From assembly GCA_051294905.1 (NCBI GenBank), contig CM119371.1, positions 29,700,001 to 29,764,000 on the forward strand: a stretch of DNA of 64,000 nucleotides, in the 5' to 3' direction. The position numbers and the translations under genes were made by a program. Source of the DNA: Botryllus schlosseri (lineage: Eukaryota). The notes beneath the pieces were generated by a model, which saw only the letters and a program-made list of their open reading frames with translations, ran no database searches and had not been told where the DNA came from. Below, piece after piece: positions 25,760 to 39,688 of this stretch (positions within the stretch are counted from its first letter, which is position 1; the number at the start of each line of letters is the position of its first letter).

Positions 25760-26321
25760 AATCGATAATTTTACTAAAAATCAATAAGATATTCACAAAG
25801 CAACAATATTATTAAAAATATGTTCACCCGTTATAAGCTATAATGATTTCAATGAATAAAGAAAATATATTATTCGTTATTATTATTCCAGTGTTAGAAC
25901 CAAAGTAATAACGTTTAAAAAATGGAATAGAAATCATGTTTTGGTGCTTATAACAACGTAAGCTGATCATTTTCATCAACAACATGAGATGATTGCTAAT
26001 TTCACAATGATTAGATATTCACAATATTGGCCATTTTTTATATTATTACTGAATATCTTATCATTGTGAAATTAGCAATTATCTCTTGTGTTGTTGATGA
26101 AAATAATCAGCTTACGTTGTAATAAGAACCAAAACATGATTTGAATATTTCAAAATATTCCATTTTTTAAATATTATTACTTTGGTTCTGACTTTCGAAT
26201 AATAATTATTATTATTTCTTCATTATTCATTGAAATCCTTGTAGCTTTTAACGGTGAACATCTTTTTAATAATATTGTTGCTTTGTGAATATCTTATTGA
26301 TTTTTAGTTAAATGATCGATT
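25760..26321. repeat. Imperfect AT-rich palindrome (~270-bp arms)
   Basis: AATCGATAATTTTACTAAAAATCAATAAGATATTCACAAAGC... mirrored by ...GCTTTGTGAATATCTTATTGATTTTTAGTTAAATGATCGATT; centre ~26035; third arm copy ~26604-26853. Confidence 0.8.
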
Positions 26322-29300
26322 ATCTTGTGTTGTTGATGAAATAGTTTGTACAAAAGACGTTCACTGTTATAATCTACATGATTTCACTTATTAATAAAAA
26401 ATAATTTTCGGTTTATTCGCAATCATATGCTCATGTATGCGAAACTGTTATTGCTTTTGCATCTCAAATCAAAAAAGGGATTCTGAGATCGAGAAAGTGT
26501 GCCAGGATCTCAAGAGAGTTCTACGCGTTGTTCTGAACGATTAGTAAATGTCGAGAAAGTGTGCCAGGATCTCAAGGGAGCTTTACGCGTTGTTCTGTTG
26601 TGATTATCTTATCATTGTGAAATTACCAATTATCTCGTGTTGTTGATGGAAATAATCAGCTTACGTTATTATAAGCACCAGAACATGATTTGAATATTTT
26701 CCAAACATTCCATTTTTTTTAAATATTATTACTTCGGTTCCAACTTTAGAATGATAATTATTAATAATATTTTTTATCATTATTCATTGAAATCATTGTA
26801 GCTTATAACGGGTGAACATCTTTTTAATAATATTGTTGCTTTGTGAATATCTTTATCAGAATGAGCTGTAGCTTGTCACATTCGAATTACTGAGCGGTAT
26901 TGACATAGAACTATTAAGTAATGCTGAAACATCTTCACTTCAGTTATCATTCCCTTGAGACTACTAGTTATAGTAGAGGCGGGCAAACTGCGATTCGCGG
27001 TTGTAGCATTTTAATGGTTTCACGTGCGTTTCGCCATTTTGTTGAAGAAGTTTAACCTGATTATATATTAATGCATTTATAGCGTATTAGCAATATGCGA
27101 ATGGTGGCCCCGGCCCTACAGGGTTCAAAATTAGCAATTGAACTCTCGAATTGAACCTGATCATCAATCATTGACAAATCAATGTGCTCAACGCTATTTT
27201 TTTGTGTGGTTCACTGATTCACAACCTTTACTGGCCCGCAGAACACTTAAGTTAGTCTTTAAACCTTCGCTGAACCACAGATTTTCGCTGAGTCATAAAA
27301 CAAAAAATCTGGCAAAATATATACATTTAACTATACATCTGATACTTTAATATAGTACACGGGTGTTCAGAGCTGCTTCATGCGCGAGTCGCTTATCAAA
27401 AATCTTATCTTTAAAATAACCACAACACAAAAATCCAAGATATGGATTTATGACGTCACAATGAAATGTAGGTTATCGAATGAAATTTATTATTGTGTGA
27501 AGATAAGATGTGCCTTTACGAGGGTTCTAATTCTAATCTAATTTGGAAAAAATATGTAGCTCTAATTCTAATTCTAATCTAGTTCTATTCAACCTGTTTC
27601 AGTTACGCACTCTTTTCAGAGACACTGCGAGCTTCATGGATTTTTAAATTTTCAAATTTAGGATTGGACGATAAATATAATACTATTTATCATTCGTATA
27701 AATATCACTGGGATGTCAGCCCAAGCTTATGCGACTCTGTAATAATTGGTTGCTTAGCAAAATCAATGTTATGCTCAAATTATATCAGATATTGCATTGG
27801 ATATACCAAATTAAATTTTTATTACATATTTGTAGCTGCAGCCGGATTTCAACATAACGACCAATTCCGATGCGCATGCTACGTTTTCGAAACGACTACA
27901 TTACTATTTGATAGCTGGACCTTTCGGTATTGTATTCTAATGACTCGAGTCATTACAATTCTGCTAATGGATTTGTAATTTAAACTTTGGCGTAGACTTA
28001 TCGATCAAGTAAGTAGTGAGGGTACCTGGTTTTGTTACCAGCCCCGAGGCTATATTCTTTGCCAGCGATGAGGCTATTTATGTTAATCGCTCAGCACTTG
28101 ACTATCGCGATGTGTATTTAGCACCATGTATTGATAATTACTTGCTTCCGAGAAAGAAATAACATTCATTATACGTTCAGTGCTTTTCAACCTTTTTGAG
28201 CTTCATTCGCACTTTTTTGAAAATTAATTTCATTCGCACAAGCCAACCGAAAGTTGCTATACAGATGAAGAGACATAAGAATATTCCGTTCAGATGTGTA
28301 AGAAATTGACTACTACAGTTTTCAGGCCATGAAGTGTCTCATTAAAAAGGAAACTGTTATACCTCGTTTTGATTTCAACTATTTCACTAATAATACGATT
28401 TCAGTCAAACAAGTTGTTGGATACTATACAATTACGCATACCAAGTGCTTGGATGGCCAATTCTAAAGAACTGTTCTGCACTCCTATCCAAAATACAGCG
28501 TATTTTCTGCGAGTGAAAAACGCTTGCTGGCAGTACTCGTTTTTGCGAGATGATACAAAGGTCCCGGAAGCTACGGTTTACCGAAAAGGTGAAAAATCCA
28601 CATGTTTGTGTCGAGGCTTGTGCCTGATGTCTTGGGAAATAAAGTCAAATACCGTCAAGCAGAGTAGGCACATTAGAGCTCGCTACCTTATGATACGTTG
28701 CTCCAATTTGAGTTCTGTTTTTTGTTTTCGATTTCCCATTTTCTGTCTCGCGAGTATACGAGAAGAGCAAATAAAGTCAGGATACAGTTTGTTCGGCTCT
28801 TCAGCTCAATCTTACTTGAAAATTATTTACAGTTTAACAACCTTAAAGCAGCATTTTGGACTACCACCAAAATTTGAATTTCTGTGGCATCTCGCGACCC
28901 GAGCCTCACCCATGAAAAGGAATTCATTTTTAGTTTACAGAGGTATGTTACAATTTTACGGACACATGGCATACACAACGCGCACACCACAATTCTATCC
29001 AACGCAGCTCTATAAAATATGTCGGACGCATGCGATTTCAAATTTGGGTGAAGTAAATTCCTATGCGTGTGGCCAGCACCGTAACTGCCGCACCCCAAAC
29101 CCCCCAATTGGGGGGGGGCTGAGCTCGAAGGGTGCTTAAAATTATTTCGTGAATTAGCATAAATCATAGAGTATTTTTTCAAAATTTATGCAATAATTGC
29201 AAAATTGTTTTGCGCTGCGCGCGAATTCGAGTAGCCATTTGTCTTTATTATTGGGTATTGGGCCATTACCGCGCCACGACCCACCAAGACATACAATCAA

Positions 29301-29581
29301 GTTTTGGGCCGTATAACATGCGACTCCAAGAAGTGTGCCAGAACGATTGGCAGCGAGAAAACCTTGGCCGAAAAGGTATATGCCCTGATGCTGACCGAAG
29401 ACTTCGTTATATATACAAAATACATATAGGTTTAATTGGCCATTGGCGCCCAAATGACTGGCGCCGAATGTTGCTGTCTTTGCAATCTGAACCTGACAAG
29501 ACAAACACCATCCCGCTGGGAAAAATTTTATGCCAGTGAAGAAATACCAATTTGAAATCGTGTGCGTCTCTTAGTTTAGAA

Positions 29582-30914
29582 CAGTGGTTCCCAACGTGGG
29601 CGATATCGCCCCCCAGGGGGCGATTTGTCGGTCCAGGGGGGCGAAAATAGCCAAGGGGGCGATAGGGGGGCGAAAACGGACGAAGGGGGCGATAGGGGGC
29701 GATGGCGCGTGGAAATGGCTATATTGGCGTCCATGACCGTAACTGCCACACCCAAACCCCCGATTGGGATGGAGGGGGGCGAGCTCGAAGGAGGCCCACA
29801 ATTTTTTCGTGAATTCATATTATTTATTTTGGAAATTTAGGCAACTTTTTCAAGAAATTTTCGCGCTACGCGCCATTTCGTGGTCACATATTTCTTGCTT
29901 ATTGGATACCCTTCCTCCAAGAAATAATACGAATGAGTTATAGAAATGGGCATCTCGGCGTCAGCCATTAACACACCATGACGCACCAAGACATATGTAG
30001 TTTCAGGCCATGTAAAATGCGACTCCGAAAAGTGTGCCAGAACGAGAAAACCTTGGCGGAAAAGGACTGCCTTTATGCTGACCGACTTCGATATATATAC
30101 GATATACATATATATTTAATTTTCCATAGGCGCCTAAATGGCTGGCGCCAAATGTTCCTGTCCTGGCAATCGGAAACCCACAAAAAAATGCCATATCGCA
30201 GAGAAAAAAATAATTGCCAGTGCAGAAATACCAATTTGAAATCGTGTGCGTCGTTTAGTTTAGTACGTATGGGCGATTTGAATATCTTTTGACATAGCAG
30301 ACAGGCCAAGAAATGTCATTACGTAACGAACTCATTATACCCACGGGTCCGCCCGAATATGTTCAATTATTATTTACGGGCCCTACATTTTCCAAGACAC
30401 CTCACTCAGTTTTACCGGTAAATCTGAATACATGAGCAGAGAGAGGATAAAAAATTGACAGCAATATATACGCAATTCCGGATCATATTGACCGACTCAA
30501 TCATGAATGATAGAAATTTTTCGCGCTTCGCGCGAATTAGGCCGTCTAACAATTTGGGCTGAGAAGTAGCGGTAAAGAGGTATCGCGGGGGTTGGTCTGA
30601 GGGGTGCAGAAGTTTGCTTTATCGCCCTATGGAGATGAGGGACAAGACCAACGTATTGGGGGTCTGACGAAGTGCTGTTGCGGTCCTTTGGGAATCAAGT
30701 CGGAGAAATAACCTTTTTTGTTAGTCAACTCACCAAAATCTAGCTGGAAAAGTGTAATTTCGAGGTCGAGCCGTAAAGTTGACCTTTTTTCTTAGTCATC
30801 TCGCCGGTGAGTTCAGTCTGTATGCCCATTTTTCGGTTCCCAATATTTGGGGGGCGATGATCGGTGTGGAGTTTGAAAAGATGGCGATGAGTCGAAAAAG
30901 GTTGGGAACCACTG
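29582..30914. mobile_element. hAT-type MITE with GGGGGCGA subterminal repeats
   Basis: TIR CAGTGGTTCCCAAC / GTTGGGAACCACTG; perfect TSD GTTTAGAA. Confidence 0.93.
29732..30688 (+). mobile_element. Family-A copy carried inside the 29582-30914 MITE
   Basis: Termini CATGACCGTAAC / GTTGCGGTCCTT; colinear with the outer family-A copy; TSD degenerate. Confidence 0.8.
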
Positions 30915-33900
30915 GTTTAGAAGCTCACGTTTTGGCGATTCTATATTTTTTGTTATAGCAGACCGGAAGTCACGAAATAACATCATGTAACGAAGTCATG
31001 AAAGGGTCCGCCCACCGAAGATGGTTAATTATTATTTATGGGCCCTCCCGTTTTCAAGACACTTCACTCGGCTCTACCGGTGAATCTAATTACGTGAGCA
31101 GAGAGAACAATAAATTGATAGCATATTATATATGCAATCGCCGATCTGATTGACCGATTTTATCATAAACTTTCGCGCCTCGCGCTGCCTCACAATACAG
31201 TACAGATGATTTCGTGACAAACGCGAACAACATGATGGGGGGGGGGTCGTTTTACACCCTATGTTTTTGGGGGCCTGACGAGGTACTGTTTCGTTCCTGC
31301 CAATGGGTACGCCCGAAGATGTTTAATTATTATTGAGTCGTCGTACCGTTTCAAACACACCTCACTCAGCTCTACCGGCAAATCTGATTACGCGAGCAGA
31401 GAGAAGATAAAAATTGATAACGATATATATGCAATTTCCGGTCATACTGACCGATTCAATCATGAATTCTAGAATTTTTCGCGCTTCGCGCGCTTAGGCG
31501 ACAAAAGCTGATTCACTAAACAAAATCCCAACAATATGATAAATAGTGGTAAACAGGTTATCGCCAGAGGGGGGTCTGGGGGGCTAAGCCCCCCAGAAGT
31601 TCGGTCTATAACCCTCTGGTGGGCCCAAGACCAAAGTTTTTGGGGGGCCTGACGAAGTGCTGTTACTGCCCTGCGTGTGGCATTTGCACTATTGTCTACT
31701 CAGATAGCAAGAACGGGACTATTCCGTGTTGACAACGGATTATTTTCATATTGAAAGGTTTGTTCATTCAGCGTCAGTCAATTTTGGATAAGGTTTTGTC
31801 GCCGCTTATGTTTTTGGCCCCGTATTTTAACAGCGGCACCGCATTTTATAAGCGGTATGTTCGCCAAAAACGCAGAAGGGGTTGGTCTCGAAATGAATGA
31901 GTCTCATAGGCCTGAACTCGCTCTTTGCACACCCCTACCGACACTAGTTCATCCCAACGGTCTTCGTCCATGTTTTCATGAAAAACATTCGGACAAATCT
32001 ATCATTATATCAAACCAAAGGTCGGCTGATTCTGATGATCCGGCCATAAATTATGCGTGTCTCGCTTATTAACTACAGTACCCAACATAGTGACCTTGGA
32101 TATGTAAAAACTACATCGCAGGATTTTTCTCAGTAAATTCAACAAATTTTACATACAAATTAACAAATAGCTTTAGCAATGCGTCGACCAAAAATTATAC
32201 CCATGCGGTCCATACTTTAATAACCCTTGAAGGGGTAAAACTTGCGATACATTAGCTTGCAAATGTGAGTCCGTAATGATGGTATTTACTACTATCCTGG
32301 GGCCTCGCGCTAATCCAACGGTTATTACGAAAATGATGATTGTTCAGCGAAAGAACGCAGAAAATCAATTTGAAGACATTTTTCCAGCCTGTCGCTGGCT
32401 TAGACGCGCTGATACACTGTATGCCTGTAACTACACCAACTCCAAAACCTGGCTTTTGATTACGTAATAATTATAGTGCGAAACATTAATTCACTACGGC
32501 TTGTGAGAGCTGCGATTAGTGGTGCGTCGAGGTAAACATTTATTTACAATTGCGTCTCAACTACAGCAGTCACACTGCCCTTGAATTTCCTATTAGCTTT
32601 ATTCGAATTATTCCGCGTCAGAAAAATGAACAATCATTTACGATTTTCATTCGCACTCATCCGGATTTTTCATTCGCACTATTCGCACCACCTTCGTCAT
32701 TCGCACTGCAAATTTTTTCATTCGCACCAGTGCGAACCGTCACACAGGTTGAAAAGCACTGCGTTAGATGATACTTTCCTCAGATATTCTATTATGTGTA
32801 TTTGAGACTACTGCGCGTTAATAATATTAATGCGTACACTTTCAAGAAATAAGGACATTGGTAACATTTAGATTTTGCGTAAATTTCGCGTGATCAACTA
32901 TGTACGATTTTTTGTGTATTTTAGACTATGTGTGTTCACGAAGACTGCGGTATCGCATGGATAAATGCATCATCACTAATAAATTACTGGAATGCGACTT
33001 GATAACATTAATCCCTTGTAACGCAGTCAAACATGATTTTAAGTGTATTTAAGACTATTTATGTTCCTGAGGGCTCTGATAGCGATTGGGCAGCGACATC
33101 ATCACTAATTAATTGATAAAAAATGCGATTTCGAGTGCGGACAGATCACGGTTTCGATTTCCGAGGTCCGCATTTTACGACTTATTTCCAGCTCGCAGTA
33201 CAACTCATTAGGGTCTCATTCCAATACATGCATAATTGTGTCATGTCGAGTATAAGGCTAATTAAATCATCACTTGCGTGCTTGCCGGTATCTGAGATTA
33301 TGCACGCTTAAGCGTAGCACAGAATCGCGGAGTTTTCTGTGAACTTTGGCCGCAGTTTGACCACCCCTGCTCTAAACCATAACCATAACAACTTGAGTAA
33401 GTACTGTCACTAGGCAAACCCTAGCAGAGTGTACCCTGATAAATGTAGTAGTAGTAATCGATTATGACGAAATAAATAGATAGCATACAATATGTGCGTT
33501 GCTAAGATGTCTGATAAATACTTTAATTTAATGTATAAAAGTAGGTTATTTATACGTTAAGTCAAGAATAAAAATTAACGCTGTCCCCATAAAAGGATAT
33601 GCAAATATACTAGAACGGCTACATCTGGACGCCTGCAAGCAGAGATGGTTAGGAACGGAGTACTCAAGTCGATTTTGTAAAAACTTTTACGCTGGGAATT
33701 TTGTAAAATAAATACTAATTTTATTAAATCGTCGAACACTTTACATCAAATTTTGTAAAGTAGATAGAAACTACTTTTTCCTATGTACTTGAGACCTTTA
33801 CACTACAGTTTTGAGAAATAAATCCTAATACAACGTAAGCCGATTATTTTCATCAACAACACGAGATAATTGCTAATTTCAGAATGATAAGATATTCACA

Positions 33901-34844
33901 ATATTAGCCAATTTTTATATTGTTACTTTGTGAGATTAATTAAAATTATTTTTAAAAACCATTGAAATCATGTAAATTATAACAGTGAACGTCTTTCGTA
34001 CAAACTAATTCATCAACAACACAAGATAATCGATAATTTAACTAATTTTTTTTAAATAATCATTGCAATCATGTAGACTAAAATGTTTACGAACGACCGG
34101 GTGGTAATGACGCGACAAATGTGTAATAGCGAGCGGCCGGGCGGTGCATTTAAAAGCTATGTTTGCGATTGCGCTCGGTATTTTAATCTTCAGATGCATT
34201 TGTATTTTTAGTAATCATTTATAATCAAGCCTTCCCGGAAAGGCTGTTTCAATTGACTAACCATCTATTGTTGGTTATTTACTTGGTCACACAATTTGGT
34301 GTAAATCTTTCTTTCCTCTTACGTTCTCCCTACTTAGCTTACATGCGTCCTACGTTACTATCTTCATTCGGCTGTATGTTGCTGTTGCTGTACAAGTGTC
34401 AGCTATATTCATACGGTTTTACGTTGCTGTTGCTGTTCTACGAGTCAGCTATCTTCATTTGAATCCGACTTGTTTTAAACTCTTGGAAACATGTATGAAT
34501 TACAACGACTAGCATACGTAGGTACACTCTAAATTCGAATGCGTGCAGAGGAACGCAAAATTACACGCCAAATCCGGTTTTTTTTTAACTACCACACAAC
34601 GTGCTGGAGCCGATGTGGGCCTGGCTATCCTGTGTTTAGTGGTGGTGTGTTCATGCTGACTTGCGCAGAGCTCGAAATTAATCCAGCCATCCATGAATTT
34701 TTACTCAGCTTAGGCTCAAAAAATATTTTATTGCAACGAAAGATGAATACAGAACATTAATTTGCAGACGAAAATGTGTGAATTTCTAGCTTGCACAATT
34801 GAAAAATTCAAGCTTTTCCAAATAGAAATAAGAACTACAGCTAC

Positions 34845-36810
34845 AAAGTTGTCATAAATTAGATTCTAATTAGAGCAAAGAAACGTTTCACTAATTGGTG
34901 TGGAATTAGAATTATAGCAACACAGTTGTTTTCGCAAATTAGATTCTAATTAGAGAAAAGAAGCATTTCACAAATTGGTGTAGCAATAGAATTATAGCGA
35001 CACAGTTGCAACCACAAATCAGATTTGAATCAGAGCAAAGAAACAATTACAATCCTAGCGACACGGTTGTTTTCATAAATTAGTTTCTAATTAGAGCAAA
35101 GAAACATTTCACAAATTGGTATGGAATTAGAATTATAGCGACACAGTTGCAACCACAAATTACATTTGAATCAAAGCAAAGAAACATTTCACAAATTGGG
35201 ATAGAATTAGAATCATAGCGACATAGTTGTCATCACAAATTAGATTCTAATTGGAGCAAAAAACATTTCAAAAATTGGAGTAGAATTACAATCATAGCGA
35301 CACAATTGTTATCACAAATTAGATTCTAATTAGAGCAAAGAAACATTTCACAAATTGGGGTAGAATTACAATCATAGCAACACAGTTGTTTTCATAAATT
35401 AGATTCTAATTAGTGCAAAAAGCATTTCCCAAATTGGAATACAATTAAAGTCATAGCGACACAGTTGTTATCACAAATTAGATTCTAATTGGAGCAAAAA
35501 ACATTTCAAAAATTGGAGTAGAATTACAATCATAGCAACACAGTTGTTTTCACAAATTAGATTCAAATTAGAGCAAAGACACATTTCACAAATTGGGGTA
35601 GAATTACAATCATAGCAACACAGTTGTTTTCATAAATTAGATTCTAATTAGTGCAAAAAGCATTTCCCAAATTGGAATACAATTAAAGTCATAGCGACAC
35701 AGTTGTTATCACAAATTAGATTTTAATTAGTGCAAAAAACATTTCATAAATTGGAGTAGAGTTAGAATCATAGCGACACAATTGTTATCACAAATTAGAT
35801 TCTAATTAGAGCAAAGAAACATTTCACAAATTGGGGTAGAATTACAATCATAGCAACACAGTTGTTTTCATAAATTAGATTCTAATTAGTGCAAAAAGCA
35901 TTTCCCAAATTGGAGTATAATTAAAGTCATAGCGACACAGTTGTTATCACAAATTAGATTCTAATTAGTGCAAAAAACATTTCATAAATTGGAGTAGAGT
36001 TAGAATCATAGCGAAACAATTGTTATCACAAATTAGATTCTAATTAGAGCAAATAACATTTCAAAAATAAGAGTAGAATTACAATCATAGCAACACAGTT
36101 GTTTTCACAAATTAGACTCTAATTAACGCAAAAATATTTCCCAAATTGGAGTAGAATTAGAATCATAGCGACACAGCTGTTATCACAAATTAGATTCTAA
36201 TTAGATAAAAAAAAAACATGTCCCAAATTGGAGTAGAATTATAATTACGGTATAGCGACACAGTTGTTATCACAAATTAGATTCGAATCAGAGCAAAGTA
36301 ACATTTGGAAAATTGAAGTAGAATCAGAATAATTACTGCAGTATATTTTCTGAATTAGACTAGAATCCAATTAGAGTTGATTTTTATTTCAAATTAGAGT
36401 AGAATTAGAAATATAGCTATACGGTAGTTGTTTTCTAAATTAGATTCGATTGAGAGCAAAGAAACATTTCACAAATTAGCGTAGCATCAGAATTTATAGC
36501 TACACAGCTTTTTCCAAATTAGAGTAGAAATAGATTTGTAGCTTTTTTTCGAAATTAGAGTGGGATCAGAATTATAGTAACAGTTTTTTTCAAATTATAG
36601 AGTAGAATTAGAACTATAGCTGCACTGTTTTTTCCAAATTAGAGTGCAATTAGAATTATAGGTTCAGTTGTTTTCACAAATTAGATTCGAATGAGAGAGA
36701 CGAAGCACTTGACGAATTAAAGTAGAATAATAATTATAGCTAGTTTTTTTTTCAAAATTAGAGTATCATCAGAATTTTCGCTACACATTTTTTTTCACTC
36801 TAATTAGACA
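34845..36810. repeat. Tandem satellite, ~80-bp monomer made of two ~40-bp subunits, with 238-bp higher-order period
   Basis: Monomer ACACAGTTGTTATCACAAATTAGATTCTAATTAGAGCAAAGAAACATTTCACAAATTGGGGTAGAATTACAATCATAGC; the variant CATTTCCCAAATTGGA recurs at 35423, 35661, 35899; the array degrades to ~40-bp units distally. Confidence 0.95.
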
Positions 36811-36890
36811 ACTAGACTAGTACTATAATTGTATAGTTGTCCAAGTCAGCAAACGAAATCAAAATCATTACTGGGATTTCTGAAATCTGC

Positions 36891-37160
36891 TCATAAAACA
36901 GAGAAGCTTGTTTGATTTAAACCCAAATTTTTGTCTTCAATCAGGACATACTGTAAAATTGAGAGTATCTGGAAAACTTTTGGATATGTGGGGTCACAAA
37001 CATAATAGAGAAGATCCAGCACCATCTCAAATGGTTTCGCTTTATTGTGAGACGATCCCTTTATGCGGAAGCCATTCGCCACGATCCATGACTGCAGGTC
37101 ACCATTTTCATGGTGTGCTAGTACTAGATGTCGAGGACTCAGATTTGTGGCCGTCAATTG
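36891..37160 (-). pseudogene. Fragment resembling the C-terminus of transposon-associated (SAMD3-like / EnSpm accessory) proteins
   Basis: ...PFEMVLDLLYYVCDPTYPKVFQILSILQYVLI resembles the YYVFDLxYP...IQ pattern; recognised from memory only. Confidence 0.35.
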
Positions 37161-37250
37161 GACTGAATGGGCCTGGAATTGAAAGAAATATGTTAAGTAA
37201 AATTATATTGCCAATAATCCATGTGTGAATTGAAAGCACAAGATTTAGAT

Positions 37251-37330
37251 CAGAGGTCTCAACCACGCGGCCCGCGGGCCGCATGCGGCCCCCGAGAACA
37301 TTTTGTGAGGCCCGCGAAGGCATTTGGGAA
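37251..37330. mobile_element. Charlie/Buster-like MITE left end
   Basis: CAGAGGTCTCAACCACGCGGCCCGCGGGCCGCATGCGGCCC preceded by ATTTAGAT; partner end not identified. Confidence 0.6.
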
Positions 37331-39688
37331 TTTCAAGTATTCGACAATATATTCAAGGGTCATATAACTTGAAATTCACTCTTAAACTACTACAAAAACC
37401 TGAAATTTAAACAAACTTCACCATCACATCACCTCTAAAATTTATCACGCGGTCGAAGATCGGTATTATGTCACATTTCCGGTTCATGATGATAAAACAT
37501 GACCCGTTGATGATTCGTGACGGAAAATTTTGTTTCGTGCGACCTTTCTTCAAATTACTCTGAAAATGACTCGAGTTGAGTCGAGTCAAACGTTACAATC
37601 AGAGTAGGACTTGCGCCTCGGATAATAGTGACTTGGAAATCCTACGGACGCAACAATCTATGAAACAGTCGTGGGGAATAGCAATATATCAAAAGTCTGT
37701 AGCTTGCGTGGCCTAGGGTATGTAGTTATCTGGCCTACATGGAACCAATTGGTCTTCTGTAACCCCGTGACCTGTATTTGGTTACGTCCTGGGTGTTGTT
37801 TGTTCTCTTTATCCATGTTATTATCGGTGGCGAGTAAAGTAGTGGTACGCTCCACAGCTGTAGCACCAATGGATTCTTCGGCGATTGGTCATTTCTATTC
37901 CAGGAGTTCTTAAGCAGGGGTCCGTTGTAGCCCCTTTTGGAACGGCACAAGTATTATGTTCACATTCACTGATTCTATGTACTATATTCATGGTAGCCAT
38001 CCTCATGGTCTCGAAGTCAGGAAAACCAAAAATTACATTAGCAGCAGAAATGATTTTCCATGGTTTGGGACAAAATCGAATTTGCACCAGCTCATTCTAA
38101 CTTAGATTTAGCCTTATCAAAAAGAATGATGTAATTGAAAAGCATTTATTAAACATTTATTTTTGGAGGCCTTTTTCAGTCCGAGTGTTTATTGCACCGT
38201 CATAACGTAAACAGCGTCAATCAAAACATAGGCCTGCCATATTTTCAGCACCCAAAAACAATTGTGCCACATTTTGGCGGCACACATCTGAGCTCAACAG
38301 ACCCTGAATTAGAACACATGTTTGTGGCGCAACTTGGAAATTAACAGACCCCCGAATTAGAACCAACTCAACATGCGCGCATGCTAAGCAATAAACTTTT
38401 CAAACTAGCTGTACTTTTGTGACGGTCTGTTAAGTTCGAACTTGTGCCAGATAGTGGCATGCAAAACGTCCAAGGTGTTACGGAAGACGCCGAACAATGT
38501 TTCCCGAAAAATCAGGACAAGAGTCGAAATCAGTACAAATCTGACAAATCAGGACGTTATGGTACTTCTATGTTCATTGTTCACACAGTTCCAGGTTAAG
38601 CAAGCAGCAAATCCTACAACTCACCTGATGAGGCGTTCTCGCCCTCAAATCCTGTTGTGATTCTCTTTTCAGTTACTGCATTTCGTAACTCCATCAGGAG
38701 TATAACCGCAGCGGGTTCTTTTCCCTACAAATAAATATAATAATAAATATAAATAATGTAGAAGATTTGGTAGAAGGACATTCCACTTATTGCATTCCGG
38801 TTGATATGAAGGCAAGAGTTCTGACACAACAGTATTTAATATATAAAATTGCAACAAAAATAAACAGGATTATCCCAAATAATAAATTCATTCTAGAATA
38901 GTTAAATAATACTAACCTCTTCATCTGTCTCTAGCTCTACTCCAAATATTTCGGCATGAGTAGTAAGTATTTCGCTTCGACACTCCTCGCAACGAACATT
39001 TGAAACCCCGCTCTGATCTATTACAAAGGCAAAGTGTTACTATAAAAGCAGCTATGTATTGAGCTAAGCATGCACATTGCATATACACATTTCTATGTGT
39101 TATATAGAGGGAACTTGATATGAATTTAATAAGATTTATTTCACTGGATAATATTAACTATACTTATTATAATAGATTCATGAATGAAATGTCATGTTTT
39201 CAACCAATGAAAATGTCATGTAATTGGAAAAACAAGTAAGTCAACTGCAAAGCAAGATCTATATAACTTGGTCAGGAATTCTAGTTGTAAACCCATATTG
39301 CATCAAGTTAGAGGATTAACTGACATTCTGAAACTCAGTTTCGATGCTACTGCAAGTTGATCTAAAAGGCAATCTACCAATATTTCTCACACTGCTGCTT
39401 GCTGTAAGAACCCTCTTGACAACATACCGGTAATCATAACATATCGCATGTTGATATTCTTGAACGAATTACCTTCAATTATTAAAGCAATGTGTTCTCT
39501 CGTAATGCCGTACGCAATCAACATCTTCTTTATTCCATCCGCTATGATGAGATTAGCGACACGTTCATCCACATCCACAAAGTCACTGTACTGCGACCTG
39601 TCGCTCCATTTAAATTTGACCCTTTGACCCTGACTGAGTTCCCGCCGTTACCGAGAGATGTGAAGTGTGAATAAGAGAGAGAGAGAGA

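Larger units (their letters stand above)
29074..31673 (+). mobile_element. Family-A hAT-type element, full-length copy
   Basis: Termini CAGCACCGTAAC / GTTACTGCCCTG; perfect TSD CGTGTGGC (29066-29073, 31674-31681); 3' half internally duplicated. Confidence 0.88.
28178..32761. mobile_element. hAT-type element with TTCGCAC subterminal repeats, host of a nested stack
   Basis: 15-bp TIR CAGTGCTTTTCAACC / GGTTGAAAAGCACTG; CATTCGCAC repeats at both ends; no clean 8-bp TSD (only CGTT repeated). Confidence 0.8.

Noticed and set aside
28369..29139. Longest ORF (256 aa) as a gene
   Set aside because: Non-ATG start, no recognisable motif, and it runs across the junction into the 29074 insertion; probably a chance ORF in TE sequence.
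29571..29840. Pro/Gly-rich ORFs
   Set aside because: Translation artefacts of GGGGGCGA subterminal repeats; the same applies to SDSDS/TPTPT (45342, 47173) and RNRNR (54777) ORFs.
26975..33369. Large hAT element from TAGAGGCGGGCAAACTGCG to CGCAGTTTGACCACCCCTG
   Set aside because: The ends are loosely complementary but the flanks (AGTTATAG vs CTCTAAAC) are not a TSD, so they cannot be paired with confidence.
34845..36810. CRISPR-like array
   Set aside because: Units are contiguous with no unique spacers, there are no cas genes, and the context is eukaryotic; it is a satellite.
37658..38100. Cys/His-containing overlapping ORFs
   Set aside because: No consistent frame, splice structure or recognisable domain.
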